Shown: piece by piece, positions 37,316 to 45,907 of the stretch
Numbering within the stretch: the first letter of the stretch is position 1
Layout: each line of letters opens with the position of its first letter
Virus record (IMG/VR): IMGVR_UViG_3300035152_000011
DNA: 64,000 nt
Strand: one strand, 5' to 3'
From: a virus
Program-made: the position numbers and the translations under genes
Notes under the pieces: model-generated
Seen by the model: only the letters and a program-made list of their open reading frames with translations
Databases searched by the model: none
Told to the model about the DNA's origin: nothing

Positions 37316-38192
37316 GCTTCCCGAGCGCGCTCACGCGTCGCCCATCGTCAGGTGGGTCGGCGGGAAGCGCTGGCTCGTCCCCGTCGTGTCCAACATCGCC
37401 TACGACTATCTGAGCGATACAAGGGGACGCTACATCGAGCCGTTCCTCGGAGGCGGCGCGGTCGCGGCCGACCTGGGACTACCTGACATGCTCCTGGCCG
37501 ACCTCTGTGAACCGCTCATCAACGCCTTCCAGCAGGTTCGCCGCAGCCCAGACTCCGTGCTCTGGTCACTTAGGAACTACCGACGACGCGGCGTGGACGC
37601 AGACACCTACTACAAGATCCGGGCGGAGTGTCCTCGCGGGAAGGTCCAGCGCGCAGCTTGGTTTTTCTACATGAACGCGCTCTGCTTCAATGGCGTCTAC
37701 CGTGAAAACTCGAAGGGCGAGTACAACGTCCCCTACGGTGTTCGCAAACCAGGAAAGAAGCTCCCCGGCAAGACGCCGATGGTCAGCCATTCCTTCCTCA
37801 ACAAGAAGAGGCTCACGCCATTCGTCGATGCCGTCCGCGGCGCAGAGCTGACTGCGAGCGATTTCCGGCCGATCATCAAACGCGCTACCGACGGTGACTT
37901 CGTGTTCGTGGACTCACCTTACTTCGGGGTCTACTCGAACTACCTCAAGGAAGGCTTCGGCGTCGCGGACCACGTTGACCTTGCGCGTGAGCTACGCGCG
38001 GCCGCAGAGCGCGGCGCTGCTTTCATCGCAACCAACAACGACGTGCCCGAGGTGCGTCGTCTCTACCGTTGGGCGCATATCACACGTACGGGCGAGTTTC
38101 GACGCGTAAATCGTGACGCGAAAAAGCGTGGGAAAGTCGCCTGTCTGCTGATCGCGTCGGGCCGCGACCTCGTTGGTTCCGCCGCAATCTGA
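37287..38192 (+). CDS. Dam-like N6-adenine DNA methyltransferase (D12 class)
   Basis: IVRWVGGKRWL N-terminal motif, catalytic DSPYF (DPPY-type). Confidence 0.7.
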   Translation: MLMTKPSLSELPERAHASPIVRWVGGKRWLVPVVSNIAYDYLSDTRGRYIEPFLGGGAVAADLGLPDMLLADLCEPLINAFQQVRRSPDSVLWSLRNYRRRGVDADTYYKIRAECPRGKVQRAAWFFYMNALCFNGVYRENSKGEYNVPYGVRKPGKKLPGKTPMVSHSFLNKKRLTPFVDAVRGAELTASDFRPIIKRATDGDFVFVDSPYFGVYSNYLKEGFGVADHVDLARELRAAAERGAAFIATNNDVPEVRRLYRWAHITRTGEFRRVNRDAKKRGKVACLLIASGRDLVGSAAI

Positions 38193-38206
38193 TCGGATCT
38201 GCGATC
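38191..38206. promoter_or_regulatory. operator-like IR GATCGGATCTGCGATC
   Basis: Followed by TTGACG and ATG 38239. Confidence 0.45.
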
Positions 38207-38238
38207 AACCCCCTTGACGCGGCCCCAGGGCGCGTGAC

Positions 38239-38481
38239 ATGTTGGATCACGCAAACCCTAAGAAGGTCGCGAAGTTGGCGGAAAAGAAGAAACAAGGCCC
38301 CCTCGGGATGGAGTGCGTGAAGTGGCACTACCGTGATGGGAAGCCTTGGCGCTGCGCTCGCTTCCGGCCGCCAGAAAAGCCGACGCTCGGCACGACGAAG
38401 CCGAAGCGAAGGGCCAAGCCGAAGAAGGCAAAGCCTGCCGCCAAGCCAAGGACCACGGCCAAGCGGAAGCGCAACCCGTAG
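38239..38481 (+). CDS. lysine-rich basic DNA-binding-like protein
   Basis: 80 aa; C-terminal KPKRRAKPKKAKPAAKPRTTAKRKR. Confidence 0.45.
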   Translation: MLDHANPKKVAKLAEKKKQGPLGMECVKWHYRDGKPWRCARFRPPEKPTLGTTKPKRRAKPKKAKPAAKPRTTAKRKRNP

Positions 38482-38490
38482 GAGGAGATC

Positions 38491-38595
38491 ATGGCGAAGA
38501 AGAAAGCCAGAGCCAAGGGCCGTTGTTTGAAATGGAGCAAGGGTCGCACGAAGTGCCTCAAGCGCGCCAAGTCGCGCAAGCGTCGCCGGAAGTAG
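38491..38595 (+). CDS. very small basic protein (34 aa)
   Basis: MAKKKARAKGRCLKWSKGRTKCLKRAKSRKRRRK; GGAGG RBS. Confidence 0.3.
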   Translation: MAKKKARAKGRCLKWSKGRTKCLKRAKSRKRRRK

Positions 38596-38660
38596 CGCCG
38601 GCCCCCGCTCTCAAACCGTCAACCTAAACCCCAGGTGTCGAGCCTGGGACAACTTCCTGG

Positions 38661-38813
38661 GAGGGAAACATGGCACGCAAGAAGAAAGCCAAGAAGGCCC
38701 AGTGGAAGGTCGTCTCCAAGGCGGCCGGCACCAAGGGCAAGGGCAAGCTGAAGAAGGGCTGCAAGTACGGCCGAGGCCGCTACAAGGGCAAGATCCTCTG
38801 CATGAAGAAGTAG
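38661..38813 (+). CDS. small basic protein (50 aa)
   Basis: MARKKKAKKAQWKVVSKAAGTKGKGKLKKGCKYGRGRYKGKILCMKK; followed by terminator hairpin. Confidence 0.4.
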   Translation, partial: EGNMARKKKAKKAQWKVVSKAAGTKGKGKLKKGCKYGRGRYKGKILCMKK

Positions 38814-38837
38814 GGACAGCCTGCCCGAATGGGAGAC

Positions 38838-38866
38838 GGCGTGCGGGTTGCCGCACGCCGTTTTCT
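38838..38866 (+). terminator. rho-independent terminator
   Basis: GGCGTGCGG-GTTG-CCGCACGCC stem-loop followed by GTTTTCT. Confidence 0.6.
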
Positions 38867-38909
38867 ATGTCTGGGTGATCGTAGCCGCGATCCAGTGTAG
38901 TATCGACGC

Positions 38910-39275
38910 ATGGCCCGTGACCTGTGCAGGCGCCCCAGCCTACGCGACGTCCATTTCTTCAGTCAGCATGCCGGCTACGTGGAGGGCCGCAAGCTCGAAG
39001 GGTCACTTCAGCTCGCCCGTGCAGAATGCGCAGCCGATCAGATGGGTTGGACGACCGAGTGGATTCCTGACTACGAGCCTGACCTGTCGTGGATGACGCC
39101 AAAGGAGCAGCGCGAGCCCCATGAGGTCTTCTGCGCGTCCATGACAAGCCCGAACGGCGACCACCAGGCCTCGATCTGTGGCATCGTCGATCCCAGCTCG
39201 GCTGACCAACGCGTCATCGAGGCCTCGCTCGCGCTCGAAGCGCGTGCCTACCAACGACTTCAGAGGAAACGCTGA
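38910..39275 (+). CDS. hypothetical protein
   Basis: 121-aa ORF. Confidence 0.4.
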   Translation: MARDLCRRPSLRDVHFFSQHAGYVEGRKLEGSLQLARAECAADQMGWTTEWIPDYEPDLSWMTPKEQREPHEVFCASMTSPNGDHQASICGIVDPSSADQRVIEASLALEARAYQRLQRKR

Positions 39276-39691
39276 TGCGCAAGATCGGTTCAATTGGCGA
39301 CGTCAACCCCATCGAGTACGGTGGCGGGTACATCTTCAGCGATCCAGGTGCCGGCGGTCCGTGGGTCGAGTACTACTACGGGATGGAGCAGGAGCTTCCC
39401 GACGTCCAGGAAGACCCCGAGGACGTACCGAACCTTCCAGCTCTCCTCTACCGCGTTGATCTTCACAGGGACGCTCGTGAGTTTCTCAGTTGGTACAACT
39501 GGGTTGACTGGGATGCCGTCGCTGACTCCGTAGGCCAGGACGAGGATGCGTACCGGCCCTCTCGTTTGAAGACCGCGCGCGACCGTGCTCTCGCGGTCTC
39601 GGACGCCGCGGGCTACTACAGCTGGGCGCAGTTCGATCAGTACCCGCTCCAGCTCACGCTCGGCGAGCTGATGGCTCGGTGGGGCTACTAA
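39275..39691 (+). CDS. hypothetical protein
   Basis: 138-aa acidic ORF; ATGA-type overlap with upstream. Confidence 0.45.
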   Translation: MRKIGSIGDVNPIEYGGGYIFSDPGAGGPWVEYYYGMEQELPDVQEDPEDVPNLPALLYRVDLHRDAREFLSWYNWVDWDAVADSVGQDEDAYRPSRLKTARDRALAVSDAAGYYSWAQFDQYPLQLTLGELMARWGY

Positions 39692-39701
39692 GGAGAAGTC
39701 G

Positions 39702-40013
39702 ATGCTGACGCAGACGCACTGGAAAGAGTCTTTCGATTACCGGGCCTGGGACCCTACGCAGCACGCGCGGACCCACTACACCGGCCTGCCTGGTGGGTAC
39801 TCGACGTTCTATTACGACCAGATCCCGAACACGACGACGTTGGTCGGTCCGCAGCTGCCGCAGACCATGAATCCCAACGAGACGGTCAGCCTCGTGCCGC
39901 CGGTGTTCGGCCAGGCCGACACTGGCTACTCGGCCGGCCGTGTCGCGATCTACGCTGTCCTGGCGGCTGCGCTCGGGGCGGGGCTTGGGTACGCGGCCTC
40001 GCGGGTGCTCTGA
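39702..40013 (+). CDS. hypothetical protein with C-terminal TM
   Basis: AGGAG RBS; C-terminal hydrophobic helix. Confidence 0.45.
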   Translation: MLTQTHWKESFDYRAWDPTQHARTHYTGLPGGYSTFYYDQIPNTTTLVGPQLPQTMNPNETVSLVPPVFGQADTGYSAGRVAIYAVLAAALGAGLGYAASRVL

Positions 40014-40276
40014 TGCCCAGCGTATTCACACTCAGCGGCCCGGCTGAGCGAACGAAGCGTTGCGCGCTTCGGTGGAAGAAGACCAGCCGTGGATCGGCCA
40101 CTTCACCAGAGCGGTGGGAAGCTGTAGGACGCTCTCGCGGCCGTAAGGTCCACTTCACCATCGAGCGCTATGGCCGCGGTAACTACAGCGCCATGATGTC
40201 CGGCTACGCCCCAATCACCGCTTCCAGCCTGAAGGCGGCAAAGGCCTGGGCCTGTGGCCGTACCCGGGACCGGTAA
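40013..40276 (+). CDS. hypothetical protein (MPSVFTL N-terminus)
   Basis: Starts MPSVFTLSGP, same N-terminus as the next gene. Confidence 0.4.
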   Translation: MPSVFTLSGPAERTKRCALRWKKTSRGSATSPERWEAVGRSRGRKVHFTIERYGRGNYSAMMSGYAPITASSLKAAKAWACGRTRDR

Positions 40277-40728
40277 TGCCCAGCGTCTTTACCCTGGAAG
40301 GCCCGGATCTGGCCCTGCTGGGCTCCCAACTCGGCCCCTGTAGCTCCTACAGCGGATCGGGCCCTGCGGGACCCCTCTGCGTAGAGCCGCTCACAGGCGA
40401 TTCTGGGGCCACTCAGAGGTCGCTAAATTTGGCACTTGCCCTTGGGGCCGTCGCTGTCCTCGGTGCGGGCCTGGCCGTCGGGCTCGGGCTCAGCCGGAAG
40501 CGGCGCGACCTCGGCCGGATCAAGGGGCTATTCGAGCACCGGTTGACCCCCAAGCGGAAGGCCCAGGAGATGATCTTGAGCCAGCTCAACATGCTTGAAG
40601 AGGGCTACTGGGTCCAGGACGAAAAGGACGCCGGGATGACAGCGCGTGAGATCGATCAGGTCTCTACGCAGATCACACGGCAGCGCGACCGCGTAGCCAA
40701 GCTCTTCAAGTACGATCCCTGGAGCTAG
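40276..40728 (+). CDS. hypothetical membrane protein (MPSVFTL N-terminus)
   Basis: Starts MPSVFTLEGP; Ala/Gly/Leu-rich TM helix. Confidence 0.4.
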   Translation: MPSVFTLEGPDLALLGSQLGPCSSYSGSGPAGPLCVEPLTGDSGATQRSLNLALALGAVAVLGAGLAVGLGLSRKRRDLGRIKGLFEHRLTPKRKAQEMILSQLNMLEEGYWVQDEKDAGMTAREIDQVSTQITRQRDRVAKLFKYDPWS

Positions 40729-41207
40729 CCGGCTAGCGACCGAACGGGGCAGCTCTTGAGCTGGTATTCGGTGCAGTACCGACGCTCTCGACCGCGCTTC
40801 TGCCACCCGCGGCAAATGGCACGCCCTTTTGCGGCCTGCTTCTGCCAGAACGCCTCTGACTCAGGTGTGCGGCGGTAGTCTGAGCACAGCCTGAGTCCAT
40901 GGTCGCACGCGTGATTCGCGACCAGCTCGTAGAGCTTCGTAGCCACACCGCATCGGCGCGCGTAAGGGGCAACGCTGGCATCGACCACGTTGATCTTGCA
41001 TGGACCTTCGCGGCTGTACTCAGCACGAACCGAACCGACAACTACTGCGTCGTTGGCTTCACGCATGAAGGGCTGATTGCTCCACCGGTCTGCGGATAAC
41101 GCTGGATCAATCGCTTCCGCGACGATGCCGTGATCATCGTCGAAGACCTCGAACCGGAGCGCTGCGCAGCTTGCGATTCGCGGCGGGTGCGACGGCCGGC
41201 GCGGCAT
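40725..41207 (-). CDS. GNAT-like protein, distant sixth paralog of the 54262-56605 array
   Basis: RRCGVATKLYELVANHACDHGLRLCSD..RTPESEAFWQKQAAKGRAIC matches the array family consensus. Confidence 0.5.
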   Translation of the reverse strand: MPRRPSHPPRIASCAALRFEVFDDDHGIVAEAIDPALSADRWSNQPFMREANDAVVVGSVRAEYSREGPCKINVVDASVAPYARRCGVATKLYELVANHACDHGLRLCSDYRRTPESEAFWQKQAAKGRAICRGWQKRGRERRYCTEYQLKSCPVRSLAG

Positions 41208-41728
41208 TACGGTCCGGGGTAGAGGGCCGATGATGGTTCAGGCTTGCGTACCCAACCGACCGCAAATGCTGTGAGGGCGGCCAAAAAGCCCACGCTGACA
41301 GCGACGCCAATAGCGGCCTTGCGGCTATATAGCTTGGGGCCTGCCTCATCGGTAGCTTCCGGGACCATCTGTAAGCCGGTGATCAACCCTCGTAGAGACT
41401 CCAGAACGCTCTCCACGTTCCCCAGGTTCTTGAGCGCACCAGGGACGGGACCGCCTACCGCTGGGAAACCGCCTTCGGCAGCGAAGCTCGTCGCTTTGTC
41501 GAGCGCTTCCAGGTACGACGTGGAGATCCAGGCGATGCCGTCGGCCGAGGCGTAGCTGCTCTGCGCGGACCCCGGCTCTGAGTCCTCAATGACGAGAACA
41601 GGCGTCTTGCCAGGAATAGGTTTCAGGAAGCTCTCGAACTTGCGCGCCCATTCGAGTGCTTGTGCGGGTGTCGAGATCGCGTCAGCGACGCCGCCGCCGA
41701 GGCCGCAGGTGTAGTTCGCAGTGAGCAT
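41207..41728 (-). CDS. hypothetical protein with C-terminal TM
   Basis: 173 aa; C-terminal AIGVAVSVGFLAALTAFAVGW helix. Confidence 0.45.
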   Translation of the reverse strand: MLTANYTCGLGGGVADAISTPAQALEWARKFESFLKPIPGKTPVLVIEDSEPGSAQSSYASADGIAWISTSYLEALDKATSFAAEGGFPAVGGPVPGALKNLGNVESVLESLRGLITGLQMVPEATDEAGPKLYSRKAAIGVAVSVGFLAALTAFAVGWVRKPEPSSALYPGP

Positions 41729-42313
41729 CTAGCACTCCTTCGGAATCTTGCCAGTGAGCTGTTTGATGACTCTACACGCCTCGGCTCTCGTCATGGTGCC
41801 CATCATGCGAGCCATCTCGGGCGCCATCTTGAGCGTGCCCCGCGCGATGCGGAGCTGATGACGTTCGGGGACAGTGAGCTTGCGCCGACCAGGGCCGTGC
41901 AGCGCGTTGAAATATCGTGTTGCCTCTTCGAGATCCGTAGTCTCTAGCTCGGCATCGCCGCCGATGATGTTACGGCGTGTGCTCCGCGAATCGACGTTTC
42001 GGAGCACACGATACGTCAGACTCGAACCGCGGCCTTCACGTAGTAGGAGATCAACGCCTGTTTCGCGGCCGATGGGACCCCGAGCACGACTCTTGAGAAT
42101 CGACCGAGAAACCCGACCGGGGCCGCGGAGCGTGACGCCCGGGGGTGGATTGAATACGGGGCGCCAACACGGACCCTGGTGCTTCGGATCAGCGCAGTAG
42201 GCAGGGTTGAGCCGATCTGCCATCTTCTGCGCGGCCCGAAGCGTGTTGAAGCAGCCCTCGAATTCACGCCGACCACTACGGCCCGGGTACGCCAGCAACC
42301 AGTTGCATCGCAT
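41729..42313 (-). CDS. hypothetical protein
   Basis: ATG at 42313 sits 6 nt downstream of the GATAGACT -10-like element and operator IR (leaderless arrangement). Confidence 0.45.
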   Translation of the reverse strand: MRCNWLLAYPGRSGRREFEGCFNTLRAAQKMADRLNPAYCADPKHQGPCWRPVFNPPPGVTLRGPGRVSRSILKSRARGPIGRETGVDLLLREGRGSSLTYRVLRNVDSRSTRRNIIGGDAELETTDLEEATRYFNALHGPGRRKLTVPERHQLRIARGTLKMAPEMARMMGTMTRAEACRVIKQLTGKIPKEC

Positions 42314-42330
42314 GCAGCCAGTCTATCCTG

Positions 42331-42346
42331 GATCGCAGCTGCGATC
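42331..42346. promoter_or_regulatory. operator-like IR GATCGCAGCTGCGATC (perfect palindrome)
   Basis: Between the tRNA 3-prime end and the GATAGACT/ATG of minus-strand gene 41729..42313. Confidence 0.5.
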
Positions 42347-42356
42347 CACACGCAGG

Positions 42357-42429
42357 CCGATCCGGAGGGAATCGAACCCTCACCTACCAGATCCACAGTC
42401 TGGGTGCCCGGCCTTCGGGCCACGGATCG
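42357..42429 (-). tRNA. tRNA-His-like (anticodon GTG)
   Basis: Acceptor stem CGATCCG/CGGATCG (7/7). T-arm GAGGG-TTCGATT-CCCTC. Anticodon stem CCAGA/TCTGG with loop CTGTGGA. D-arm imperfect; no encoded CCA. Confidence 0.55.
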
Positions 42430-42464
42430 TCAGGATCGTCAGCATCGGCGCGTTGACGCCTGGG

Positions 42465-42992
42465 ATGACCATAGCGCGTGGCTATGACATTTCTTGGTCA
42501 GAAACAGGCGGCTACGCGTCTTGGTTCCGAGCAACGGAAAAGGATAGCGGACTCTCAGAACCGAACTGGCCATCGCGTTTCCTACTCATGGATACGGATT
42601 CCCCGCATAGCAAGCCCGACTGGTGGAAACAGGTCATTCGCGGACCGCGACCGGACGGCTTGGGTGTCTTCCCAGACTTCGTGGACGAAGGCTTCCCGGC
42701 CGCGACCGTATGGGGAGCAGCCTTTGATGTGATCCACTTCGAGTCACACGATGAGACGTGGGTCGATGTCCGTATCGCGGGCTGGACCGAGGATGGCTAC
42801 GAACGCGTCGATGTAGGCTACCTGACGCTGCACGACGGCCTGGCGAGTACGTGGTCGTTCTACTGGAACGGTGACCACGTACTCGACTCGTGGCCGTTCG
42901 TGCCGACCGCAGCCGAGAAGCTCGGCCGTAGTCTTCGTATCGCCAAGCTCCGGCTCAGCGAGCTTCTTGCGCGAGCGGCGGCCCGTCCTTGA
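42465..42992 (+). CDS. hypothetical protein
   Basis: ORF 42207..42992 trimmed to the first ATG downstream of the antisense tRNA. Confidence 0.4.
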   Translation: MTIARGYDISWSETGGYASWFRATEKDSGLSEPNWPSRFLLMDTDSPHSKPDWWKQVIRGPRPDGLGVFPDFVDEGFPAATVWGAAFDVIHFESHDETWVDVRIAGWTEDGYERVDVGYLTLHDGLASTWSFYWNGDHVLDSWPFVPTAAEKLGRSLRIAKLRLSELLARAAARP

Positions 42993-43374
42993 ACTGCTCC
43001 CAGCCGGGAAACTTGTGGATGACGACGTGCGGCGGGCGTCCCCAGCGGTAGTAGTATCCGAGCTGCTTCCCGCACTCGGTGCAGACGAGCTGCCACTCCG
43101 AGTGATACCGCGGTGCGAAGTCGCGGTAGTGCCACCAGCGACCCTTGTCGATCCAGGCCGGCTTGTGCGGCACGCCTTCCTTGCCACGACACCATCGACG
43201 GGTGTTCTTCTTGCGCGACTTGCGTGCCGGTGGCGGCAGCTCGTCTTGCAGCTCGCGCTTCTCCTGGACGGTCTTCGAGTCGAAGCAGTCCTTGGCGCGC
43301 TGATGCTTGTGCGGCTTGCACCAGAGGCAACCCGCTCGCTTGTTCTTCGGCTTTCTACGTTTGTGGTGGGCCAC
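42955..43374 (-). CDS. basic hypothetical protein
   Basis: N-terminal MAHHKRRKPKNKRAGCLWCKPHKHQ; Cys pairs. Confidence 0.45.
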   Translation of the reverse strand: MAHHKRRKPKNKRAGCLWCKPHKHQRAKDCFDSKTVQEKRELQDELPPPARKSRKKNTRRWCRGKEGVPHKPAWIDKGRWWHYRDFAPRYHSEWQLVCTECGKQLGYYYRWGRPPHVVIHKFPGWEQFKDGPPLAQEAR

Positions 43375-43442
43375 GATCTACACCTCCTAGAGTGTGGATC
43401 GTGGCCTTGATGTAGAGAGCCGAGAGGCGTGCGGTCAACATG

Positions 43443-43799
43443 CTAGGAGCGTACCACACCGGCGAGACATTCGCGCACGAGCGCGGGCAGGTCCATGTCC
43501 TTGAGGTTCCCCGAGTTGCCGTTGCCGTCTTTCGTCACGTAGAACCAGCCGGACTCGCTCGGGTCGGCCTCAAAGCTGAAGCCGAGCCGACGGTCCTCGA
43601 ACATCCACTCGATCAGGAACGCACCGTCGTCCTCGATGTAGCTCGCGTGGAGCGGCGGTAGCGTGTCGAGAAGCGCGGCCGCGGTCTGCTCAACCACGTT
43701 GACGAGCAGGCGGTAGGCATCATCGGCCCGAGCTGGATCATGCTTGCGCAGCTCAGCGAGTCCCTCACGCGCTTCCTTGAGCTGATCAGTCATCACCAA
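43443..43799 (-). CDS. hypothetical protein
   Basis: 118-aa acidic ORF. Confidence 0.45.
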   Translation of the reverse strand: MVMTDQLKEAREGLAELRKHDPARADDAYRLLVNVVEQTAAALLDTLPPLHASYIEDDGAFLIEWMFEDRRLGFSFEADPSESGWFYVTKDGNGNSGNLKDMDLPALVRECLAGVVRS

Positions 43800-44065
43800 T
43801 GCACGCGCGCGATGTGTTCACGCTCGTCGAATACCACGTCAGGATGTTGTTCCTTGAAGTGCTGCTCGGCACCTTTCCGGCGAGTTGGCCAGTCGCGCAG
43901 CAGCATATCCGAGGTCAACGTCTGACCGTGGGGTGGATGGCAGAGCTTGCAGACCCAACAAATGTCAGCGCCAGGCACTACTCCAAGGTAGCAGATCACT
44001 GTGACGTCCCGACGATGTGCTTGCAGATGTCGTGGATCTCCTCGTCGAGCGCGGGCTTCTCCCAC
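43793..44065 (-). CDS. hypothetical protein
   Basis: 90-aa ORF. Confidence 0.35.
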   Translation of the reverse strand: MGEARARRGDPRHLQAHRRDVTVICYLGVVPGADICWVCKLCHPPHGQTLTSDMLLRDWPTRRKGAEQHFKEQHPDVVFDEREHIARVHW

Positions 44066-44619
44066 GAGTACGGCTCGCGCCGACCCTTCTTCAACACCTG
44101 TTGCTGCGTCTCGGCGCGCTTCGCCTCACGGCGCAGGAACCTGCGCAGGAAGTCGGCCTGGTCGTCGAGTGTGTCGATGACCGAGCTGGCGAAGAGGTAT
44201 TCGGCCCACTTCCGCTCGCAGCCGGACCCGAGGCGCTTCTCGTAGTAGAGGAAGTCCTCCTTCTCGAAGCGGCCGTTCTGGCGCATCTCCTCGACCAGCT
44301 CCCAGATGCGTGGCTGGCGCCGGTCGTGCCAGGTCGTGCGCCAACCGCCGTGGTACTTCTGCCAGCTCCGGCAGTGGAGCTTGCCACGCGTGTGCGCGAT
44401 CATCATGCACAGCACCGTCGCGGCCAGCGGGTTGTCGGCCTGCTTCTTGACTTCCTCTCTCAGGCGCACGTAGTACGCCTTGCGCCATCCACGTTCTTCT
44501 CGCTCTGCGGCCATTGCTTGTTCCATTTCCATCCTCCTAGATGATCGGGTCGGGATCCTGGAAACCGCCCAGACACGGATCGTCGTCATCGTCTTCGCTA
44601 AACTTCGGAGCCATCGCAT
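43996..44619 (-). CDS. hypothetical protein
   Basis: 207-aa ORF, Arg/Glu-rich; start uncertain. Confidence 0.4.
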   Translation of the reverse strand: MRWLRSLAKTMTTIRVWAVSRIPTRSSRRMEMEQAMAAEREERGWRKAYYVRLREEVKKQADNPLAATVLCMMIAHTRGKLHCRSWQKYHGGWRTTWHDRRQPRIWELVEEMRQNGRFEKEDFLYYEKRLGSGCERKWAEYLFASSVIDTLDDQADFLRRFLRREAKRAETQQQVLKKGRREPYSWEKPALDEEIHDICKHIVGTSQ

Positions 44620-45018
44620 CGAGGTACTCCCTGGTGCGGTCGATTGCCTTCTGCGAGATGCCGTTCTTCTGCATCGCTTCCTCCCAACCTGGCTTCTCGC
44701 TCACAGCTGGGTAGTTGTCGGCCCAGTCACAACGCGCACCGATCCAGTAGCGGTCCGGGTCGGCGAAGACCTCGATGCCCATCGTCTCGATGTACGGCCG
44801 GGCCTCGCACGGGCTATCGCTACAGCATCCGCAGTTGAACCGGAAGTCCACCTGGTCGGCGCGGTTGTTGACGCTCTTCGAGCAGAAGCGCTTGTTTTTC
44901 CAGCGGTCGGTGCTGACCTTCAGGTCGGGAAACTCGGCCTGGAGCGCGTTGATAAGCTCGGCGTGTTTGGCAGCCTTGCTGGCCTTGTCCAACTCTCTCT
45001 TGACTGTCTCGTCCATTG
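44537..45018 (-). CDS. hypothetical protein
   Basis: Starts MDETVKRELDKA at 45018, 26 nt from the divergent + strand gene; upstream part of the 307-aa track ORF is read-through across a duplicated module. Confidence 0.45.
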
Positions 45019-45043
45019 ATCTCTCCTGTGATAGATTGGGGAC
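44981..45043 (+). promoter_or_regulatory. conserved promoter module copy 1 (TTGACT...TGATAGATT + 7 nt + ATG)
   Basis: About 63-bp segment repeated at 45395-45458 and partly at 45881-45907, each ending TGATAGATTGGGG[N]CATG. Confidence 0.5.
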
Positions 45044-45322
45044 ATGCTTGGAGACGCGTTTCTTACTATTCCCGTCCCGGAAGCGGAGCAGGCGGTAGGC
45101 TCGACGCTGCACGAATTCCTGCCTGCTGGTTCGGGATCGAAGACCGTGACCATGAGCTACCGGCCCGACGAGAGCGGCGGCACGGACATGACCAAACTGC
45201 TCATCTGGATGCGCAGTCCGTTGGAGAAGCCGTCCACCTACATCATCGGCGGTGGAGTCGTCGTGGCGCTGTTGGCCGGCGTGCTCATAGGCCGCGCAAC
45301 CAAACGATGCCAGAGCACCTAG
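45044..45322 (+). CDS. small membrane protein
   Basis: ATG 7 nt after TAGATT (leaderless); C-terminal TM IIGGGVVVALLAGVLIG. Confidence 0.45.
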   Translation: MLGDAFLTIPVPEAEQAVGSTLHEFLPAGSGSKTVTMSYRPDESGGTDMTKLLIWMRSPLEKPSTYIIGGGVVVALLAGVLIGRATKRCQST

Positions 45323-45394
45323 TGACCTACGAGCAGAAGTGGGCGCGTGAACGCCGCCGTCAGTCCCGATCTCTGCGCGCTTTCCGGCCTCGAC

Positions 45395-45458
45395 GGCCTT
45401 GTCCAACTCGTTTTTGACTGTCTCGTCCATTGATCTCTCCTGTGATAGATTGGGGGTC
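45395..45458 (+). promoter_or_regulatory. conserved promoter module copy 2
   Basis: Near-identical to 44981-45043. Confidence 0.5.
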
Positions 45459-45656
45459 ATGGCGAAGAAGAGTAAGAAGGCGTGCTACTGGGTCGGCCGA
45501 CGCGTCGAGCTGCATCCCGGGCTTGACCGTTGGATGATGGGTGACCGCTTCGGTGTGGTTACCAAGTGCGGCCGCGCGGGCAGCGTCTACGTCAAGCTCG
45601 ACAAGTCGGGCAAGACCATGCGCCTCCCCGAAGGCCGCTTCGAGGAGGTCTGGTAG
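45459..45656 (+). CDS. small hypothetical protein
   Basis: MAKKSKKACYWVGRR...; leaderless ATG after module copy 2. Confidence 0.45.
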   Translation: MAKKSKKACYWVGRRVELHPGLDRWMMGDRFGVVTKCGRAGSVYVKLDKSGKTMRLPEGRFEEVW

Positions 45657-45865
45657 TGACCTACGAGCAGAAGTGGACGCGTGAACGTCATCGGCAATCC
45701 CGCTGTGCCGAGTTGCAGAAGCAGCACGCGAAGAACGCAGCGCGGTGCGCGCGGCGCAAGCGTAAGGCTTGTGAAGTCTTGCGCGAAGTCGAACGTGAGG
45801 CAGTCGAGCTGTACTGCGGTTGGGTGAACCCGTCCCGAATTCCCAGACGACGCCTTCCCAGGTAG
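45656..45865 (+). CDS. small hypothetical protein (GTG start)
   Basis: VTYEQKWTRERHRQSRC...; a truncated copy of its 5-prime end (VTYEQKWARERRRQSR) occurs at 45320-45370. Confidence 0.3.
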   Translation: MTYEQKWTRERHRQSRCAELQKQHAKNAARCARRKRKACEVLREVEREAVELYCGWVNPSRIPRRRLPR

Positions 45866-45880
45866 TCATCGCAGCAGCTT

Positions 45881-45907
45881 TGATTGCTCCTGTGATAGAT
45901 TGGGTCC
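45881..45907 (+). promoter_or_regulatory. conserved promoter module copy 3 (partial)
   Basis: TGATTGCTCCTGTGATAGATTGGGTCC immediately before ATG 45908. Confidence 0.45.

Noticed and set aside
42207-42464. N-terminal 86 codons of ORF 42207..42992
   Set aside because: Overlaps the antisense tRNA-His-like gene and the operator/promoter cassette. Trimmed to ATG 42465.
44537-45460. 307-aa minus-strand ORF
   Set aside because: Reads through two copies of the duplicated promoter module, giving the repeated PNLSQERSMDETVK. The true gene is probably 44537..45018, with + strand genes occupying 45044-45460.
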